This document shows, in pieces, positions 58,253 to 64,000 of a stretch of 64,000 bases of DNA. The stretch covers positions 22,036 through 86,035 of the forward strand of contig DATKHC010000010.1 of the NCBI GenBank assembly GCA_035510465.1. Direction: 5' to 3'. This stretch comes from Candidatus Saccharimonadales bacterium (GTDB taxonomy: Bacteria > Patescibacteriota > Saccharimonadia > Saccharimonadales > DATKHC01). Position numbers and translations under genes: made by a program. How positions within the stretch are numbered: position 1 is the stretch's first letter; every line of letters starts with the position of its first letter. Under the pieces are notes generated by a model that had not been told where the DNA came from, did not search any database, and saw nothing but the letters and a program-made list of their open reading frames with translations.

Positions 58253-60430
58253 TTAAGACTGAGCGGGTAAGAGGGGAGTAGTTTGGGTAACATTTGGCCT
58301 ATTGATTGGTAGGCGGAAGCCAAAAGTCGAACCTTTATTAATCTCACTTGAGAAGATAAGGCTACCACCCTGATCTTCAACTACTCGTTTAACTAAATAA
58401 AGGCCTATGCCCGTACCGCTTGGGCGGTGTTTACGGGCATTGTCCGCTCTGAAAAATTTCGAGAACAACTTCTGCTGCTGTTCTTGTGGGACACCAATTC
58501 CATTATCGACTACTTTAAACGTTATGTACTGGTCATCAGCGTCTAGGTAAACATCAACGTTGCCCTCGGGAGTGTATTGCAGAGCATTGTTTATTAAATT
58601 CATTACTGCTTGGCCAGTTTTTTGAGCGTCAATATTTACAGTTGGGACAGTCTTATTTGGCTCGTGAAAGACAAGCTCGCTTTTTTGCGTATTAGCAAGA
58701 TTTTGCAGATTATCTACTTCTTTAGTAACCAATTCCTTAAAATTCGCTGGTGCTATCTCGAGTACAAACTTACCGGCAGTCATCCTGCTTATATCAAGCA
58801 GGTCAGTTAGCAGGCTTCTCATGACACTGGCCCGTTCCTTCGCCATCTTCAAAGGACCGCTCAGTTTCTTGGTTATTTTCCCGTAAGCACCCTGATTAGC
58901 TAGGGTTAGGTAGCCATCGATAACAGAAAGAGGAGTTCCTAGTTGGTGAGATGCCATTGATATAAAATCGTTTTTAGCAGCATCGTCTTCCTTTAATTTT
59001 TCGTTTGCAGCACGCAACTGTTCGGTCGCTTCATCAACTTTAGCTTGCAAAGACTCACTAAATTGTTGGATCTGGGTATATGATCTGCTGTTCTGAACAC
59101 CAACGGCCAGTTCGTCGGCGATAGTCTGAATTAATGCGATTTCATGTTTAGTATAACTGGCTCCACTAGTCTTATAACCCAGGATCAGATAACCTACCAC
59201 TTCCTCCTGGGCTTTCAAGACTACGAAGACACTAATACTCCTTCGAAGCATAACCTTCTTTTGCTCGCTCTCGGGGAGATCATCAACAACTAGAATATTT
59301 TGTCCGAGCAAGGCCAGGTCATTTTCAAAAGCAGGTAGATCTGCTCCGAAATAATTTTGTGATTCAAAAAAGATGTGGCCATTATCTAAAATGATAATGT
59401 CCGCCACTGTGTGTATGTTTTGATTAAGCATATTAACTACTTGGCGGCCCAAGACTTCTAGACGAATTTCCGAAGCTAGGATTCTACCTACTTTGTTTAA
59501 CAAGTCTTCCGGGTCTAAACGATCACGAAAAAAAATCTTTGAGGTGGCTTTCTCTATACCACGAGTTAGCGGACGGAAAGAAAAGGCAAGGATCACAGCG
59601 GGTATTATCAAATAAGCTTCCAGCGAGCCATTTAACTCGTGATTGGGTAACAGCAACTTGCCCAAACCTAGAATAATCAGAACATAGAGGCCTATGACTA
59701 TCGAGACCGTTAGGGCATAACCTATTGAACGTAGTAGAGCTGATCTAATATCGAACATTTTTTGACGAAAAACCGCCAGGGCCATCGCGGAAGTGAAAAT
59801 CAAACCTGCTGGAGCTGAGACAATTGAACGCAGACTATAGAAATGAAATTCTGGTAAAACTACCTGGGCAAATAGAATCACCGACAAAGCACCGCCGATA
59901 CCGTAAATCATAATCCGAACCTGCAGCTTAACCTTATTTTCAGACTGTCGGCTGTGAAATAGTAAAACTACAAAGCAAGTCGTAAAGATTGCCATTATAT
60001 AAAGCAAGTTGATCCAAAGTAGGGGACCGTAGTTAGTTACGAATCCACTCGGATTAAGAATTTCAACCGACTTCATGGTTATAGGGAATAGAGTTAGGAT
60101 CGCCAGTATCGGTGCCGTTATATAGGTGGCTTTTGGAAACCATGGCAACCTTGGTTTCCACCCCGTAAAGGCTAGCGTAAACCTATAAAAACTTGCACAC
60201 AGAATGTCACCAAAAATTAGGGCCGCTCTTATCAGCCAAATGGTTTCAGTAGCTGAATGAGAAAATTCAGCAATGTTAGATAATCCAACCGCAACGAAGA
60301 CGCAAAATCCAAATAGTAGAAAAGCTTGGTTTAGATTGGAGCGTATGCCTTTGATAGCAACCAACCCGAGAATTATTATAACTCCACCTAACGACAAAAA
60401 ATATAAGATGATTTCTAGTATTTCTGTCAC
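58253..60430 (-). CDS. Sensor histidine kinase with polytopic N-terminal sensor and GAF-like module (no cognate regulator in window)
   Basis: About 9 TM helices. H-box MASHQLGTPLSVIDGYL. HATPase_c: DNGIGVPQEQ...GTGIGLYLVKRVVEDQGG. Confidence 0.8.
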   Translation of the reverse strand: MTEILEIILYFLSLGGVIIILGLVAIKGIRSNLNQAFLLFGFCVFVAVGLSNIAEFSHSATETIWLIRAALIFGDILCASFYRFTLAFTGWKPRLPWFPKATYITAPILAILTLFPITMKSVEILNPSGFVTNYGPLLWINLLYIMAIFTTCFVVLLFHSRQSENKVKLQVRIMIYGIGGALSVILFAQVVLPEFHFYSLRSIVSAPAGLIFTSAMALAVFRQKMFDIRSALLRSIGYALTVSIVIGLYVLIILGLGKLLLPNHELNGSLEAYLIIPAVILAFSFRPLTRGIEKATSKIFFRDRLDPEDLLNKVGRILASEIRLEVLGRQVVNMLNQNIHTVADIIILDNGHIFFESQNYFGADLPAFENDLALLGQNILVVDDLPESEQKKVMLRRSISVFVVLKAQEEVVGYLILGYKTSGASYTKHEIALIQTIADELAVGVQNSRSYTQIQQFSESLQAKVDEATEQLRAANEKLKEDDAAKNDFISMASHQLGTPLSVIDGYLTLANQGAYGKITKKLSGPLKMAKERASVMRSLLTDLLDISRMTAGKFVLEIAPANFKELVTKEVDNLQNLANTQKSELVFHEPNKTVPTVNIDAQKTGQAVMNLINNALQYTPEGNVDVYLDADDQYITFKVVDNGIGVPQEQQQKLFSKFFRADNARKHRPSGTGIGLYLVKRVVEDQGGSLIFSSEINKGSTFGFRLPINRPNVTQTTPLLPAQS

Positions 60431-60686
60431 GGTAAAACTCTGTTTTGATTGTTCAATTTAGCTCGCACTCTAAATAACGCTAAAGTTTATTCTTAAAGAT
60501 CATTATATTTACACAGTCTATACTTCTCAAGCACACTTCCGCTTTCATGACTCACATTATGGGGTGACTTTATACAAATGTAGTTATGATTAGTTCGCCC
60601 TAACCTATATAATTTTTCTAAGACAGATCGTCGGTTTGTTAATATAGAAGCTGATAAACGGGTCATCTCAAAAAAGCGAAGCCTAA

Positions 60687-62813
60687 ATGATAAAAAAAAT
60701 AGCTCTGATTTCATATAAGTACCGCCTAACCGTGGTCATCATTTGGTTGTGCTTATTGGGTGGGGCTGCTGTCTGGGCGCACTTTGCAGGCAATGGATTT
60801 GCGACTAATTTTCGACTTAACGGCACGGACTCCCAGGCTGCCTCTGATCTACTCAGTAGTCGCTTCCCAAGTGAAGCTGGTAGCACGGGAGATATAGTAT
60901 TTAAGGCAAGTGGTGGTATTTACGCCCCTCAGACCCGCCAGGAAATCCAAACCTTACTGAGCCGCGTTAGTAATGTCAGTCAGGTTAGCAGTATAGAGAG
61001 CCCTTATGGCCAACAGAACCTTGATCAAGTTAGCCTGAATGGAGAGATTGCATACGCTGTGGTCCAGTTTAATTCAAGTCTTACTGCTGTTACTGATCAA
61101 ACCATAAATTCGATCCAAACATTATCAGACCAGGCTTCAAACCCCAACTTGGAGATAGAACTCGGTAGTGGAGTATTTTCTAATTTTCGACCCCAACTTA
61201 CTAGCGAGGCTATAGGCATAACAGCTGCCATTATAATTTTACTAATAGTTTTCGGATCCATAATTGCAGCTGGGTTACCGATTTTTAATGCCCTGGTTGG
61301 TATCGGGATTGGGGTCAGTTTAGTTGAATTACTAGCTCATTTAATAGCGCTGCCTAGCTTTTCCACTCAACTAGGGGCAATGCTAGGAATTGGGGTTGGG
61401 ATTGACTACACGCTGCTAATAGTAACCAGGTACCGGCAAGGACTCAGCAGGAATCTTGATCCTAAAGCTGCGGTTTTAGCAGCTATGGATACGGCAGGTA
61501 GGTCAGTTTTGTTTGCAGGGATTGCCGTAGTCATATCTTTGCTCGGAATGCTGATTAGCGGAGTAAATTTTATCCAAGGTTTAGGAATTGCTTCAGCAGT
61601 TGTCGTCTGTATAACTATGCTCGCATCTATAACCTTGCTTCCGGCAGTTCTTAGTTTCATTGGCCGAAAGATTGATCACCTTAAGCTACGCAAAATTATT
61701 GATAAACCTAGCGATAGTGAAAGGTATTGGTACAGATGGAGTATCTTTATCCAGAAACGACCGATAAGAGTTCTCGTAATAGGCTTTGCAATTTTAGTTA
61801 TTCTAGCGATTCCACTGCTGTCAATACGCCTGGGCTCATCTGATTCGAGTAACCAGCCGACTTCTAGCACAAACAGGCGAGCATATGATTTAATCTCCGA
61901 GGGTTTTGGTGTTGGAACAAACGGGCCTCTGCTAATCGCAGCTGCCATTAATCAACCAAACCCTCTTTATCGTACTTATTTACATGCACTGACTGAATCT
62001 CTGCGCGCGACCCCTGGAGTCGCGTCTGTTTCGCCAGCGCAGATTAATCGGAGCGCTGATGCGGCAATAATCCAAGTGATTCCAACGACTTCACCAGAAG
62101 CAGTTCAAACCACAGACTTAATAAACCAGATAAGGGACTCTGTAATCCCAAATACTACAAACGGAACAGGTATCACTGTTCACGTTGGAGGAGTTACTGC
62201 CACTTACAGCGATCTATCTAACTTACTCCAGAAACGCCTAGCTATCTTTATAAGTGCGGTTCTTGGATTAAGCTTTATCCTGCTTCTACTAGTATTTAGG
62301 TCTGTTGTTATACCCATTAAAGCTGTGGTTATGAATATTTTCTCGATAGGTGCAGCATACGGTGTATTGGTAGCCGTATTCCAATGGGGATGGCTCAAAT
62401 CAATAGTTGGCATAGGGCAGGGCGGTCCCATAGACAGTTACGTGCCCATGATTATGTTTGCTGTTTTATTCGGATTATCCATGGATTACGAAGTATTTCT
62501 AATATCCAGAATAAAAGAGGAATACGGCTTAACATCTAATAATTCACAAGCTGTCGCAAGGGGACTAACCCACACAGCTAGGGTTATTTCAGCAGCCGCT
62601 TTAATTATGGTCACTGTGTTTGCTAGCTTCGTGATTACAGATTTCAGGATCTTAAAAGAGTTCGGCCTAGGACTGGCAGTGGCAATTCTAATTGACGCTA
62701 CAGTAGTGCGACTGGCTATGGTTCCAGCTGCAATGGAGATTTTAGGTAAGGCAAACTGGTGGCTCCCGCGGTGGCTGGAGTGGTTACCAAAAGTTCGGAT
62801 AGGCAGAGATTAA
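60687..62813 (+). CDS. MMPL/RND-superfamily transporter
   Basis: 708 aa. Two 6-TM bundles, each following a large periplasmic domain. MMPL-like. Confidence 0.8.
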   Translation: MIKKIALISYKYRLTVVIIWLCLLGGAAVWAHFAGNGFATNFRLNGTDSQAASDLLSSRFPSEAGSTGDIVFKASGGIYAPQTRQEIQTLLSRVSNVSQVSSIESPYGQQNLDQVSLNGEIAYAVVQFNSSLTAVTDQTINSIQTLSDQASNPNLEIELGSGVFSNFRPQLTSEAIGITAAIIILLIVFGSIIAAGLPIFNALVGIGIGVSLVELLAHLIALPSFSTQLGAMLGIGVGIDYTLLIVTRYRQGLSRNLDPKAAVLAAMDTAGRSVLFAGIAVVISLLGMLISGVNFIQGLGIASAVVVCITMLASITLLPAVLSFIGRKIDHLKLRKIIDKPSDSERYWYRWSIFIQKRPIRVLVIGFAILVILAIPLLSIRLGSSDSSNQPTSSTNRRAYDLISEGFGVGTNGPLLIAAAINQPNPLYRTYLHALTESLRATPGVASVSPAQINRSADAAIIQVIPTTSPEAVQTTDLINQIRDSVIPNTTNGTGITVHVGGVTATYSDLSNLLQKRLAIFISAVLGLSFILLLLVFRSVVIPIKAVVMNIFSIGAAYGVLVAVFQWGWLKSIVGIGQGGPIDSYVPMIMFAVLFGLSMDYEVFLISRIKEEYGLTSNNSQAVARGLTHTARVISAAALIMVTVFASFVITDFRILKEFGLGLAVAILIDATVVRLAMVPAAMEILGKANWWLPRWLEWLPKVRIGRD

Positions 62814-62815
62814 GA

Positions 62816-63718
62816 TCAAATACTATCAACCGTTGATAGTATCTTATTGAAGACCGCCAGACCATCGTCCACAAGCGCTGATGCGATTTGAACTGCTTTA
62901 GCTCCAGCAGACAAATAGTCGTTGACATCATTTAGTGAACTGATGCCACCACACCCAATTATTTCTTTATGACCTGGCAATATGTCCTTTAGTTGGCGCA
63001 CCACCCCTAAGCTAATAGGCTTGAGGGATCGTCCGGCCAAACCAGCCTGGACTTCGTCACGACTTTTAGCTGAATTCGTCCCTGTAGTAGTTAGAGCGTT
63101 CGGGTAACTGTTAGTGGCGGTTATCGCCGAAACAATGCCTGACTCAACTATAACCTTGGCTACATCCCGCAAAATATCAGGAGGGAGGGGGGAGATCTTA
63201 ACGCTTATACTAATTTTCGGACTGTTTTTACTAATATATCCCAGTACTTCCTTAACAAGGGAGAAATGATAGGAAATGATCTGCTTCTGTTTACCGTTAT
63301 CCCACACATTCGGGCAACCAAAATTAAATTCTGCCATGTCAGCTTCTGCGTCTTCAGCAAGTTTTAAAAGTCTGAGGAATTCTTCTTTCGAGAATCCTAC
63401 AATATTAGCTATAAGTGGTTTATTCCGCCCATGTGCTATTTTGACCATTTTCCGTAAATGTTTTTCATAGTAGGGGATCCCTCCGTTAGGAAGGCCGTAA
63501 GAGTTTAGGGAATAGAGCCGTTCTCGATGAGTCCAATAACTTTGGCCAGGGTTACTCTTCCTAGGTTTAACAGAAATTGAGCCAACAATGATCGCTCCAC
63601 AATCTGATTTCGATAAAGCCTCTACATCCTCAGTCGTCTTACTACCTATATAAGCACCGTTAATCAGAGGATTTTTAAACTCAATGCCCGAAATACTGAT
63701 GGCTGAATTTACCTTCAT
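62816..63718 (-). CDS. pyrD: Class 1 dihydroorotate dehydrogenase-like FMN oxidoreductase
   Basis: KNPLINGAYIGSKT, NFGCPNV, IIGCGGISS, the DHOD family 1 pattern. 300 aa. Confidence 0.65.
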   Translation of the reverse strand: MKVNSAISISGIEFKNPLINGAYIGSKTTEDVEALSKSDCGAIIVGSISVKPRKSNPGQSYWTHRERLYSLNSYGLPNGGIPYYEKHLRKMVKIAHGRNKPLIANIVGFSKEEFLRLLKLAEDAEADMAEFNFGCPNVWDNGKQKQIISYHFSLVKEVLGYISKNSPKISISVKISPLPPDILRDVAKVIVESGIVSAITATNSYPNALTTTGTNSAKSRDEVQAGLAGRSLKPISLGVVRQLKDILPGHKEIIGCGGISSLNDVNDYLSAGAKAVQIASALVDDGLAVFNKILSTVDSI

Positions 63719-63739
63719 CTAACCCTAGCTTAACAAAAA

Positions 63740-64000
63740 TCAGGTTAAATGTTTTATTGCCAAATCACCAACAACAGACAACCATTCGGTCTTCTCGTCG
63801 GCCCTTGTATATAAAGGCCTTTCGACTCTTTGCCAGTAAGAATCAGCATCCGTTTCTCGGACATGTCCCGTATCTACCAAAAATCCGTTTCTAGTTTTAT
63901 ATACCCCAATTGTACTAATACCATCCATTGGTTTTGACAGGTCATAATAAGAGTAGTAGGGGTTTAACCACCTATTACCTTTCATATCAAACCACATTGC
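63740..64000 (-). CDS. Hypothetical protein, 3' part only (start lies beyond the window end)
   Basis: A minus-strand ORF is open to the window edge. Confidence 0.35.
   Translation of the reverse strand, partial: AMWFDMKGNRWLNPYYSYYDLSKPMDGISTIGVYKTRNGFLVDTGHVRETDADSYWQRVERPLYTRADEKTEWLSVVGDLAIKHLT

Noticed and set aside
61406-62931. Minus-strand ORFs within the MMPL transporter gene
   Set aside because: Contained within a long membrane-protein CDS.

Overview
This 64 kb window comes from a compact, low-GC (about 42-45%) bacterial chromosome. Many adjacent genes overlap by 4 bp (ATGA), and the cell-envelope gene content looks monoderm-like. That is consistent with a Saccharibacteria/Patescibacteria-like or other streamlined Gram-positive-type lineage; I cannot assign taxonomy from sequence alone.

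Recognisable content, in order along the window:
- an ABC transporter ATPase (5' partial) and its ABC-2 permease
- two LCP (LytR-CpsA-Psr) paralogs
- a UvrD helicase fused to a PD-(D/E)xK nuclease, next to a truncated Doc/Fic toxin remnant
- an aquaporin
- a four-gene operon: small tail-anchored peptide, sortase, processive GT2 synthase (QxxRW) and CBM-CE4 deacetylase, suggesting a PNAG-like exopolysaccharide pathway coupled to a sortase
- a second sortase (class F) beside a Pro/Thr-rich secreted protein
- a complete F1Fo ATP synthase operon (atpIBEFHAGDC)
- a glutaredoxin-like protein, a corrinoid adenosyltransferase, several glycosyltransferases and glycoside hydrolases, SmpB and a D-Ala-D-Ala carboxypeptidase
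- an IS30-family element followed by a high-GC SPFH gene, probably horizontally acquired
- an intact Crp/Fnr regulator and a frameshifted paralogous pseudogene
- a P-type ATPase
- a Y-family DNA polymerase preceded by two tandem small paralogous genes
- a type IV pilus locus (PilB, PilC, one major and four minor pilins)
- a CvpA-serine protease (MarP-like) fusion, an orphan sensor histidine kinase, an MMPL transporter and a class 1 dihydroorotate dehydrogenase

The most unusual signal is a previously unannotatable 35-40 bp repeat family, found in at least 8 copies at two loci. The copies delimit small accessory genes like cassettes: an RbsD/FucU-like gene, hypotheticals, a VapBC-like PIN/RHH toxin-antitoxin pair and a frameshifted gene. 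One such array sits between the major pilin gene and the pilBC operon.

I found no rRNA, tRNA or CRISPR.
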